Shown: positions 1-11,683 of the stretch, piece by piece
How positions within the stretch are numbered: position 1 is the stretch's first letter
How the letters are laid out: each line of letters starts with the position of its first letter
NCBI GenBank assembly: GCA_963693365.1
Contig: CAVNZM010000002.1
Location: forward strand, 7,968,559 to 8,032,558
DNA from: Amoebidium appalachense
Taxonomy: Eukaryota > Protista > Ichthyosporea
Direction: 5' to 3'
DNA length: 64,000 bases
Program-made: the position numbers and the translations under genes
Notes under the pieces: model-generated
What the model was told of the DNA's origin: nothing
Databases searched by the model: none
The model's input: the letters and a program-made list of their open reading frames with translations, nothing else

Positions 1-245
1 AACACACGCGCGCGCGCACATACACACACGCACACACACACACACGCACACACACGCACACACACACACACACACAGTCCTCACTTAAGAAGTGTGAGAC
101 ATTTTTGCTTATGTACAATCTAACAAATATGCTATGCCCTATTGTCCTACGGAATCTGGCTCGTGCGCATAGCTGACTTGTGATGATTTCTATCCCTCCT
201 CTTCGGCTTCTCACACAGCCGCTGGTGGTCTCACCCCTCTCTCTC

Positions 246-283
<38 letters not shown>

Positions 284-430
284 TCTCTCTCCCCCCCCTC
301 CCCCTCCCCCCTTCCCCCTCTCCGCCTCCCCCTCAACCTCTCCCCCCCCCCCCCCCCCCCTACACACACACATACACACAAAAAAAAACTACTCATGCAC
401 GTGCAGACACACGCATACACAAACACACAC

Positions 431-489
<59 letters not shown>

Positions 490-490
<1 letters not shown>

Positions 491-600
491 CGTCAGCACG
501 CGGGGGCGAGCTAGTGATGACTCTGAAGGGGGACCGAGTCTTGCTGGTTGGGCAGAGTGTGGCAGTAACTAGGGGGGAGTACTTGGGCACAATTTATTAA
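490..600 (+). CDS. Terminal exon of a PhzF/PBLD (phenazine biosynthesis-like) family gene; upstream exons not identified
   Basis: Acceptor (CA)n-CAG at 487-489, then ASARGGELVMTLKGDRVLLVGQSVAVTRGEYLGTIY-TAA(598-600). This matches the recalled PhzF/PBLD C-terminal pattern SxRGGEL...GDRVLxxG. Not in the ORF track. Confidence 0.75.
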
Positions 601-909
601 AATTCATTATACTTTATGTTAGGTTGTAAGATTCGGGTAATCTATACTAAAAATAGGTTTATTGATTACATGAATGATCTAAAGTAGTAGGGGGACTTTA
701 TAAAACAATGTGCTATATCTAATTAGCGCCTGTTTACTTTCAGGCTTATCCATATAATGTTAAGCAGTATGTAGTAAATTACATCACGTGCTCGCCATAG
801 TTCACATGGTTTTGGCCGTTCCTATGGACCTGTTGCAATCTGCATAGAAATGTTGTTCGTTTGGTAGGTTCAAAACTCATCTGTTCTGAGCACAGTTTTT
901 TTTTTTTTT

Positions 910-940
<31 letters not shown>

Positions 941-1309
941 GGGGGCTGTATGCAAGCATGCGCACTACAAAGCTTGTTCTTTGAAAGGCAGGGGTCCAGG
1001 TTTGATTAGGTTGGCCTTTGTTGCAAATCTGGCAGTGTACATACGTGTTGGGTAGTAATACCTATGATGTACAGAATAAAAAACATGTGTCGTACATGAG
1101 TAAAAGCATGTGCCTTCTCCTCCCCCCCCCCCCCCCCCTCCCCCCCCCCCCCCCCCCCACCCGCCCCCTGCCCCCGTCCCTTGCAGCCCTATCCCTCTCC
1201 ACTCTGTGACAACCTGCCTTACGTTTTATACAAATCCTTTCTCTCACTCACGTTTCGACTTGATATTTTCCCCTCAGAATTGTCAGCTTGCTCCCAGGAG
1301 CAACACTCC

Positions 1310-1343
<34 letters not shown>

Positions 1344-3047
1344 TCCTCCCCCCTCTGCCCCCTTCCTCCCAACCCCCTCCCGGGCCAAAAAAAAAAAACA
1401 CTCACAGTTAAGTTCCTGGCCTGGACCGGATTTAGCCTTCCCCCTCCCCCCCCCCCCTCCCCCCCCTCCCCCCCCCCCCTCTCCCCCACACCCACCCACC
1501 CTCCCGTCCCCTCCCCCGTTCCCCTCATTAGCCTCCCCCTCCCCTCCCTCCTCCCTCTCCTTCCCCTCTTCTCCTTTCCCCCCCCCTCCTTCCCCCTCCC
1601 TGCCCACCCATCACCCCAACCACCATCACACACACACACTAAAAAATGCTCCCCCCCCGCCCCCTCCCCCCCCCTCCTCGCCGCCGCCTCCCTTCTCACC
1701 ACCACCACCATCACCGCCAACCCCCTCCCCCCTCCCCTCCCCCCCCCCCCCCCCTCCCCCCTTCCCTCCCTCCCATACAACCCGACAAGTTAGAGACCCA
1801 CGACTCTCCATCTTTGAAACTCTGCAAGTCCCTGGGTCTCTTTCGACAAGCATGCTACTTCTTATTGAGTTGCCCCTGCCCTCACCTCCTTCCCCCCTCC
1901 CCCCTCCCCCCCAACACAAATACACACGCACACACGCACGCACGCACACACGCACGCACACACGCACGCACGCACGCACGCACGCACGCACAGCCGATTT
2001 CACTTCCACGTACACACCCATACACATACACACCATCCAGGACGGCAACCAGAACCGCCATTACACAATACCACAAACGAAGATCGCGTAAGCTTACCAG
2101 AAGCCTACACATTCTCTTCCTCTTATCCGCGGCGTTAAGGCAGAGTGAAGTGGCAATTGCATTTATTGGTGTCTTTCAGTTCGAATTCATCTCTTACGGT
2201 CGGTCGCCTTGGCTCAGGTTGCCTCAAGTTTATTATTTCATGTTAAGTATTCTATCACAGGCAAACGGCCTTTTAACAGAGACTACCTGCCCTAATGAAT
2301 GAAGCATCCATATATGTAAGCAGAGCTAGTAGCTAAAACGGTGATCGATGCCGGGTTTGTGCCTGCAACTGTTTTAAAGTGACCTGCAACCTGCAACTTG
2401 AATCACGCAAGATTATTTCTCAGTACCAAACGCGGGTGTCGCTGAACATCTCAAACCCAAAAAGTTCAACGATGTACCTTGCAGCCACGCTCTTGCACTT
2501 TTTGAAAATTGATTGCCCTCTCATTACGGAACAAGTCTTGTGGACAACATCAAATTTTTTCGTCAAAACAACTATGGGGTAGTACTTTCAGGTCAAAATG
2601 TAACATGTAACACGTGCACTCAGTATCACTGCACTGACGAGTCTGACACGCACATGCACATGCACATGCACCTGTCACCTACTGAGGTGACTCGTATTTT
2701 TCCTTACACACACAGCGAACACTGGACTCTCGGGACCCTAGAGCCGCCGCGAGAGAAAGCATGCACGCGGTCGCGAGAGTGTAAGGAAAAATAGATGGGT
2801 GTGAGGCGAACGTGAAGTTCAAAGCAGCCCAGGCACCGTCAGTACGTGCCAGCACATGCACGTACTCTGAGCGGTGTTACGCAATCGCGATCACGTGCGA
2901 CGGTGCGAAAACAGGCCTAGGCGCCGGGCCGATGGCTTGCGCTCTACAAATGTGCGCGTATATTAGTGACATATGTGTGTGGCAAACAAAAACAAAAGAT
3001 TACTACCAAAAGCAGGCTTAATACTGTTCTATTCTTCTCCCTTTAGG

Positions 3048-5864
3048 ATGGGAGATGAGTCGCGCGGCGCCAAGCGGCCAAAGATGATGTCCGATGCAGA
3101 CAGTTTCGACCCAACACCGGTACACAGCTTTAACTGGACCGACAAAAACGTGTTTTACAGCATCCAGAATGGGAGCATTTCAGCTGAAAAGCTGTTTGAT
3201 CGCCCAAACACCTTCGCTATTTTAGATCACAACCCACTCACACCGGGGCACACGCTCGTTATTACAAAACATCACGTTTCCAACTTTGTAGATGGGCTCC
3301 CTGGTGATGCCTTTGGCTCAACTCTCCAGGATGTCCAGGTCATGGTTCAAGCTGTCCAGAAAGCGACTGGATGTTTGGGTGTTAGTGTGCGCCAGAACAG
3401 TGGGCCTGCGGCCGGACAAACAGTTAGGCAACTCCACTTTCACGTCATTCCCACAAACGCGCCGCTCAAAAACGAAGGTTGCGGTCGTCTACCAGACAAC
3501 GTAACCAGCCCACTTGTGGCGAAGATTAGAAATATGTTGCCAGAGGAGTATTCAGGTGAAGGTTTCCACGCGTGGATCCCGTCGGTAGAAGCAATGGAAG
3601 AGCTTGGAATGCTTTTGCAATCTGTGTGCATTCCCGGAACCGCTATCCTTCTAAACGGGCAGCTAGGGAGTGGGAAAACGTCCATATCTCGCGGTGTAGT
3701 TCGAGCGCACTGCAAAGACCCAGACATGTTTGTTCCATCACCCACGTTTCTTCTCAATCTTTCCTACGAAGAAGACACGAGCCACGAGCAGAAAGCAGCA
3801 CCGATGGATGGCGAAACAGCGGGCAGTGCGATTTCTGGACGCACCGTGCATCACATGGACCCCTACCGCCTTGGCACTAAATCGGAAAAAATGGCAGGAT
3901 TAATTGACTTTGCCAGTGCGTTCGAGAACGACGTCTGTGTCATTGAGTGGCCAACGAAAAATGCCCAAATCGGTCCTGGACTTACCGCGCAGGCAAACCA
4001 TCGAGGTGTCCATCTCCGGTATGGGAGCACAGGCTGTGGGCAGGCATGTTCACGTTCGAGTGATTGGTGAAAGTTCGGGCCCGGCAAAAGCCATGTTCGC
4101 GAAATGGCGGCAGGAATCGACTCTCCCAACGCCAAACGTAGGGTGGAGGAAAGGGAATGCGGGGGCAGGGCGGACGGCCTTTGTTGTTCGACGCATTGGC
4201 AGCCATGTCTGGCCCACCCGAAAACATCATCGTGCTGGGCATTGAGAGTAGTTGTGATGACACGGCAGCAGCGGTGGTGCGCGGCGACGGCACGGTGCTG
4301 GCGCATAGAATCGCTTCACAGGTAGGGCCAGACTCGCGTAGGAAAGGGTTAAAGGTTTCTTGGAAAAGGGCTAAAGGTAGCTGTGTGAAAAGACCTTGAA
4401 AGAAGAACGAAGGAGTGAGAGGGGGGTATGGAGTGAGGGGGGGGGGGGGGGGGAGGGATGGGGGAGGGGGTGAGGGAGTGAGATGGTGAGGAGAGGGTGT
4501 TGGGTGTGTGTGGGGGGGGGGGGGGGAGGGGGGGGGGGGGGCTGCATTCTTTTGGGGGTGGGCGAGGGGGAAGGTGGAGAGGGGAAGGGGGAGGGGGAAG
4601 GGAGTGAGAGGGGGGAGGAGTAGGGAGGGGGGGAGGGGAGGGGGGAGGGGAAGGGGGGAGGGAGTGAGAGAGGATGGGGTGTGTGGGTGGGGAGGGGGGG
4701 GGGGGGGGGGGGGGGCAAAGAGGATGTGAGAGAAACTTAACAGAGGAGTGTGTGCTATGAGAGAGACATCAAGGGGCGGTGAGTGGGAAGGGTGATGGGA
4801 TGTGTATTTGCACACAACACACACGAACACACACTAGCAGATGTGCACATGCACAGATTTGCAGGTATACACATGCGCATACATGCAAAGACACAAGACA
4901 CACACACACACACACGTACGCCTTCGTATACACAAGTGCATGAAGATATCTGGGCATACCACATCATCCTTTTCTTCACACACATACGTGCACGTGCACA
5001 TACATTCAAGTGCACATACACATATGCAGGTACAAGCAAGCACGCACGCTTTCACGCAGGCAAGCACACCCACACGCACACAAAATCATACACACCCGTA
5101 CAGCCATTCGGACAATACACACTTAAACACACACACCTATACTTACAAACACACAACTTACACACACGTACGCACGCATACACACACGTACACGCACAGG
5201 CGTGCGCACACACATGTACACACACCATACACGTATAATTACAGACTGACAACTTACACACACGTACAAACCCACACACACACACACGTACACACACCCA
5301 CATACCCCCCCTCCCCCCTCCCCCCCCCTCCCCCCTCCCTACCCCACCCTCCTGCCCCCACCCACACACACACATACACACGTGTACACACACACACACA
5401 CACACGTACACACGTACACACGCAGACAGGCCTACACGAGCAGTATGGGGGTGTTAAGCCCGACGTAGCACGTGATGCGCATGCAGCAGCCATCACCTCG
5501 ACTGTGGATGGCTGCCTGGCCCAGGCAGGCATCGGCCCAGACCAGCTCACGGCTGTGGCTGTCACTATGGGCCCTGGGTTGTCCCTGTGTCTGCAGGTAC
5601 GTGTGGGTGTGGGTGTTTGCGCGGCGGGGGGGGGGGGGGGGGGGGGGGGGGATTTTTGTTTGTGTTTTTGTTTTTTGCTTTTGTAAGGGGAGACGGAAGG
5701 GGAGGGGGGTGGGGGGGGGGGTTGCCTTTCTCTATGTTTGTATGTTTTTCTACAAGAACGGGCCTTCTCTTTTCATATTCTTTCTTTTTTTCTTTCTTTC
5801 CTTCTTCTTCTTCTTCTTTTTTTTTGGGGGGGGGGGGGGGGGGGGGGGGGGAGGGGGGGGGGGT

Positions 5865-5896
<32 letters not shown>

Positions 5897-6530
5897 GGCA
5901 GGGGGAGAGGTGACTGGGCTTGTAGACCAGTTGATGCAAAAAGGGTGTGTTGGTTTGGTTTGGTGGGTGGGAGGGATGGGGGGGGGGGGGGGGGGGGGAG
6001 GGGGGGGGGGATTGTGAGTGAGAGGTGTGGGCTGGAAGGGAGGGGTGGAGGGGTACCTAGAGCCTCAGGGAGGGGCTGGTGGGGGGGTGAGGGGGATAAG
6101 GGAAGGAGATGAGAGGGGGGAAACGGGAAATGCTAGACTGGCTGGGGGGTGGGGGGGGGGGGGGGGGGGGGGGGGTTGATGTAATTGATTAACAGTGTTT
6201 TTTGGGGCTGTCTATGATAGAATTGTTGAAGTGGAAGAGTTCAGAAGAAGGGTTGGAGGAGGGGGGGGGGGAGGGGGGGGGGGGGGGATGGATGTGGTCT
6301 AGGGTGGGGAAGGGGCGGGGGTAGGGGGGAATATACGTGGGTCTGGGGGCAACCAAAACTCACAACGGCTCTCTTTACCACCTCCTCACACGCTCCCACA
6401 CATGCATACAGCTCCTACACACCTTAGCCCCCTTCCCCCTCCCCCGTCCCTCCCCTCCCCCCCCCCCCCCCCCCCCCCCAATCTTCTTTTCCTTGTATTC
6501 ACGTGTGAACCGCCGACGCACCCACGCACA

Positions 6531-6563
<33 letters not shown>

Positions 6564-7189
6564 CACATACACACACACCTCCCCTCCACTCCCCCTCCTG
6601 CCTCCCCCCCCTCTCCGCACACACACACCCACACACGTGTACACATGTACACGTGCAAACACACGTACACACACACGCAGGTTGGTGTGCGGCATGCCAT
6701 GCAGCTAGCAGCCACGTACCGCAAGCCCCTAGTGCCCGTACACCACATGGAGGCCCATGCCCTCATGGCCCGTATGCCCGGAGTCAATAGTCAGCCATTG
6801 GACTTCCCTGCACTGCTGTTGCTGGTGTCAGGGGGACATAACATGCTGGTATGGGGGATGGGTGGGTGGGTGAGGGGGATGGGTGGGTGGGTGGGTTGGT
6901 GAGGGGATGGGTGGGCGGGTGGGTGGTTGGTGTGTGTGTGTGTGGGGGGGGGGGTTGGTTGGTTGGTGGGTGGCTGAAGGTTGGTGGGTTGGGCGGGTGG
7001 GTTACCGAGGGTTGGTGGGTTGTTTAAGCGGGGGGGGGGGGGGGGGGATATGGATGAGTGTGGGGGGGAAGTATTGGAGGGGGGTGGGGAGGGATCGCGG
7101 GGGGGGGGGGGGGGGGGGGGCTGGTGAATGGGGGTGCATGGGTGGGTGGGTTTCCTTCGTTCCCTCCCTGTCTTTTGGCTGAAAAGCCA

Positions 7190-7227
<38 letters not shown>

Positions 7228-8836
7228 ACACACACACACACACACTCAAATTTTTAGGTTTGCTTCTTTGCCATGTGGCCCTGCCCTCTTTTTGCATTCT
7301 CCCACCCACCCCTTTCTGCTTCGTTTTCTATTTCTCCCCTTTTCCGTGGTTCCAAGACCCTCAAGTGTCAACCAGTTCACCAATCACCTGCCTTGATTTT
7401 TTTTTTTTTCGTGAATTGCGCACTATGTACATGGGAGGAGCTTTCCACAGCGTCTTTATATATATATAATTCTGGATGTTCCGTTTCAACACAAACCAGC
7501 TTCCTCCCCCCCTTCCCCCCTCCCCCCCCCCCCCCCCCCCTCCCCCCCCCTGCCCCCCTTCCCCGTAACCGTTTTCTTGATGTTCCACCTGACTTAAGAC
7601 CCCTTTCCTCCCGGCTCTGCTTATGACGCATACTGTGCACATGGCTGATGTTGCATACTTGAATGTTTGCCTTTGCATGTGTCCTGCACCATGCTTCTCG
7701 TCGTGTATGCGTACTTTGTACCGTGTTCCGCATTCAAAACCCCCCCAGTCTTCTTTCAGAGGTGTCCTTTCAGGACAGACCACTGTGTGGAGACCGCTTT
7801 ACTTCCATGCAACCGGGCATGGTTGCTCTGTGTCGTGCATCTGTAAGCACATACACATTTTTCGCTGCACTGCATTAGTTTGCACACACATCTTCACCGT
7901 TTTGCTCACCTTGCTTGCATAAGCAACCCTGCTCGTCTTTGATCAAGACGGGTTGACCCGCCCAAGCTCAGTTGATGCTGCTGTCTGAGTTGGAGTGTCG
8001 TATATACGCGGGCTAAGGGGTCGAAACTCAGACGCAATTGATGACTTGGGTCCTCCCTGAGGATGGGCTCTGCTTATGACGCATACTGTGCACATGGCTG
8101 ATGTTGCATACTTGAATGTTTGCCTTTGCATGTGTCCTGCACCATGCTTCTCGTCGTGTATGCGTACTTTGTACCGTGTTCCGCATTCAAAAACCACCCC
8201 CCCCCCCCCCCCCCCCCCCCTTTCCCCCCACCCCACCCATCCCTCCCCTCCCCTCCCCGTCTCCAACCAGGTGAAGTGTGAGGGGGTTGGTCGCCACCAA
8301 ATCCTAGGCACCACCATCGATGACTCAGTGGGCGAAGCATTTGATAAAACCGCCCGCCTTCTCGGGATTTCAGCAATTCCGGGGGGACCCCAACTCGAGG
8401 CTCTAGCTGGCCAGGCCACACCCGAACAGACTGCGCGGTACAAAAACAAACTGCCCATGCCCTTGAGAAACGACAAAAACTCGTGTAATTTTTCGTTTTC
8501 CGGAATCAAGTCGGCGGTGGCGTCGCTGATTGAGAGCGAGTTGGCGCGGGTGGAGGGGGATGCGGTGGAGATGGAAAAGTGAGTTTGTGTGTGTGCGTGT
8601 GTGTGTAATTGTGTGTGTGTGTAGGTGGGCGGGTGTGGGTAGATCGGGGGGGGGGGGGGGGGGGGGGTGGGGGGAGAATGGGAGGGGGCAGTGGGCGGGT
8701 GGGTTGGTGGGTGGGGGGGAAGGAGAGGGGGGAGAGACGGGGGGTTGGCTGGCTGGGTGGATGGCTGTGGGTGTAGGTGTGGGTGGGAAGGTGGGTAGTT
8801 GTAGGGGTGAGTATTTTTTATTTTTTTATTTTTTAT

Positions 8837-8879
<43 letters not shown>

Positions 8880-8889
8880 GGGGGGGAGG

Positions 8890-8920
<31 letters not shown>

Positions 8921-9041
8921 AGGGGGGGGGGGAGGGGGGAAGTGGGAAGGATTGGCGCTGTAGGGCAAGAGGGGACGGCTGGAAGACAGTGTTCGGTGTG
9001 TGAGATTTTCTTTTGATTTTTCCCTCCCATTGGGGTGGAGT

Positions 9042-9080
<39 letters not shown>

Positions 9081-10315
9081 CTGTGGTTATGTTTGAGTTG
9101 TAGATTGTGCTCGTCTCGGTGGATTGGTTGCTGGGTAGGTTAGGGTGGGTGGATGGGTAAATGGGTGGATGGTTAAATGAGTGGATGGGTAGATGGGTGG
9201 GTGGGTGGGTGGATGGTTAAATGGGTGGATAGGTTTGTGTGTGCGCCTGTGTGTGTCCATGTCTTTGCTTGAATGTGCTCGTGCGTGTGTCAAACATGGC
9301 TGGTAGTTTTAGTTGGTGTGTGGCTCTTTCTTAACATGCTGTGGCCGAGTGGTGATACCCGTGAAGATGTGCCCGGTTCATGTTTCATTCTGGCATGTGA
9401 CTAAAGTCACGTGTGTTTTGCCTGTCTGCAATGGCTCTGCCCCTTCCTCTTCTTTTATGTTTCGTAGCCCTATTGCCTAGACTGAGTTCTAACACATCCT
9501 TCCCCCCCCCCCCCCACACACACACACACACACACACCACACACACGTGCACACACAGACACCACTCGCGCCCCCCGCCTCCCCCATCACCACACACCCA
9601 CGTGTGGGCAGGCCCGCACACCCACACCCACCCACACGCACGCACAGACCAACACACAGACACACACCCACATACTCCCCCCCTCCCCTCCCCTTACATA
9701 CACACACTCACAACACTCCGCCCCCCTCCCCCATACACACTTCTCATCCCCCCCCCCCCCCCTTCCCCCGCCACCCACACACACACAACCCTCGCCTCCC
9801 CTCCATCTCCATCCCTCCCCCCCTCCCCCCACCCCCACCCTCCGCCCACCCCCCGTCCCCCATCCCCCACTCAACACACACACACACCCCCCAGGCTCAA
9901 GCCAGGCATAGCGGCTGTGTTCCAAGACCTCTGTGTCCGTTTCCTCTGCGAACGAACCGAACGAGCCCTTGCCCGGTGTGCCGACGATTCGGTCCAACTC
10001 GGCCAGCCAATGGTACGAAGCCTCGTGGTTGCCGGGGGAGTCGCAGCCAATCAGGCGGTGCGGAACGCTCTCACGGCTTCCGCGGCGAAACTTGGAATCC
10101 CGTGTGTGTGCCCCCCCGTGAAATTTTGCACGGACAATGGGTTGATGGTGGCGTGGACAGGGTTTGAAAGACTTCGGCTGGGGCTGTATAGGCACCCCCC
10201 TACGATGGCTGAAGTTGAAAGTGCGGTGGAAGTGTTGCCGAGGTGGCCTCTGGGCCCAGTGGATGTGAGGGGGATGGATAAGAAGGCAGAGAAACACCTG
10301 AAGTTGATGCACTGA
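3048..10315 (+). CDS. HIT-TsaE-TsaD multidomain t6A biosynthesis gene (~770-780 aa if one protein). Exons 3048-4321, 5426-5596, 6681-6848, 8271-8578, 9895-10315
   Basis: All four introns are GT-AG and phase-compatible. TsaD motifs run in order across the exons: [83 protein letters not shown]. Exon 1 needs two +1 frame corrections (A5 run at 3957-3961; somewhere in ~4138-4220). Confidence 0.8.
3147..3455 (+). other. HIT (HINT-like) domain within exon 1
   Basis: [16 protein letters not shown]...[21 protein letters not shown]...[20 protein letters not shown]. Canonical HINT layout, with the triad reading Q-L-H-F-H (3429-3443). Confidence 0.9.
3570..4075 (+). other. tsaE: TsaE (YjeE) P-loop ATPase domain within exon 1
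   Basis: [17 protein letters not shown] (Walker A at 3657-3680), [20 protein letters not shown] and VCVIEWP are the TsaE family signatures. The reading continues KMPKSVLDL...IEVSISG after a +1 shift. Confidence 0.9.
4223..10315 (+). other. tsaD: TsaD/Qri7/OSGEPL1-type threonylcarbamoyltransferase domain
   Basis: Metal-binding HHMEAH and TDNG motifs are intact. [16 protein letters not shown] and the C-terminal RWPL fit the bacterial/organellar branch better than cytosolic Kae1. Confidence 0.92.
7613..8192 (+). repeat. 127-bp direct duplication in TsaD intron 3 (7613-7739 and 8066-8192); member of a dispersed intronic repeat family
   Basis: GGCTCTGCTTATGACGCATAC...GTGTTCCGCATTCAAAA occurs twice. 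Diverged partial copies lie at 15978-16023, 19496-19519 and 22571-22591. Confidence 0.9.
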
Positions 10316-11297
10316 GAGGGTGTACGTGTGTGCGTGTGTGTGTGGTTCCATTTTTCCCTTTTCTTTTTTTTTTTTTTTTTTTTTTCCCTCTTTTTTTGTG
10401 GGGTGGGGGGGGGTACGTTCGTGTCGTTCGGTAATTGTTGTTCCCTGTCTGTATTTAGAAACATAGCACACCTGCTCACGTGTTTGGTTCAGGATGATTT
10501 CTTACACTTTCTTTGTTTGTTGGTTTGTTTGTTTTCTGAATGCGTGAGTGTGTGTATATGTGTATGTGTATGTGGGGAGAGGGGGGGAGGGGGGGGGGGG
10601 GGGGGGGAGGGGGGGGGGGGGGGGGGGGGGACGTGTGGGTTTGCGGTTGATGATGTGAATGGGTGGTGTCTAGAAAGGATGTGTGTTCAAAGAAGAGTAT
10701 ACCCACATAGCTACACACAGCATGTAGTGCGCTGTTCTTGGAATCATAGATGGAATTATGTATCCCGGCCATTTAGTTGGTGCTGTGATAGTGGTTGAGA
10801 ATTCTGAAAAATAAAAACTGGAAGAAATCGAACCCCTGTGGGGTGGAAGGAGATTTAAATTATAGCTGCAATCGGGATGGACTTGCAGACGCTCCTTGTA
10901 AGCTTGGTCTGAACACCTGTGTGTTTAATGGAAATTCACGCTGCTGCGCTGCTTCCCCTTCATTTTCCCCTCTGCAAATGCCACATCATGATCTGAGATG
11001 CCACCTGGGGGAGTCAAGGCCTTGCTTCTAAACAGGAAGCCCCCTGGGCCAGGTGTATGTATTTGAACTGGTCCACTCTACTTATTAATACACTTTATAC
11101 AACACGTGTATGCACCTTCGAATTAATGCCAGCCTCCCCCCCCCCCCCCCCCCCCCTCCTTCCCCTAGCTCGTCCCTCCCTGTCGCCCCTTCCTTTCTAG
11201 GCCTCCCTCTTCTATGTACTCTCCCCCCCCCCCCCCCCCCCCCCCCCCACACCCCACACACACCCCACACACACACTCACACACACACACGCCAACA

Positions 11298-11332
<35 letters not shown>

Positions 11333-11506
11333 GTGTACCCCACCGTGTCTGTGATGTTCAACCCCTTATGATTCACGGCACCACATGCACACACCTTTTT
11401 TCCATGGTTCAATTGTGTTTACTACACCATTGCCTTGATAGGGCAAATATCTGCAGCTGCCGGCATGCCATGATGATATGCATAGCACACGTGCATCCCC
11501 CAGTGC

Positions 11507-11683
11507 TCACTTCCTATGTGTGGCCACATACAGGGCCAGGCCCACCAACACACACACGGCCACCACTGCAGGCACCACGTACACCACCGCATGCCGCCTG
11601 CTCTCCGCCACATGCTGCCGGCGCACACGGCGCTGCTTGCGTGTCTCCTTGCTGGCACCCGTCGGTAACAGATGTGTGTACAT
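11507..11683 (-). CDS. SMCO4: SMCO4-like single-pass membrane/coiled-coil microprotein (58 aa)
   Basis: MYTHLLPTGASKETRKQRRVRRQHVAESRRHAVVYVVPAVVAVCVLVGLALYVATHRK*: basic KET..R.Q...E.R helix, then a TM segment V.P...YVAT. Length and pattern resemble animal SMCO4 as recalled. The start codon is uncertain because it lies at the edge of a CA tract. Confidence 0.65.
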   Translation of the reverse strand: MYTHLLPTGASKETRKQRRVRRQHVAESRRHAVVYVVPAVVAVCVLVGLALYVATHRK

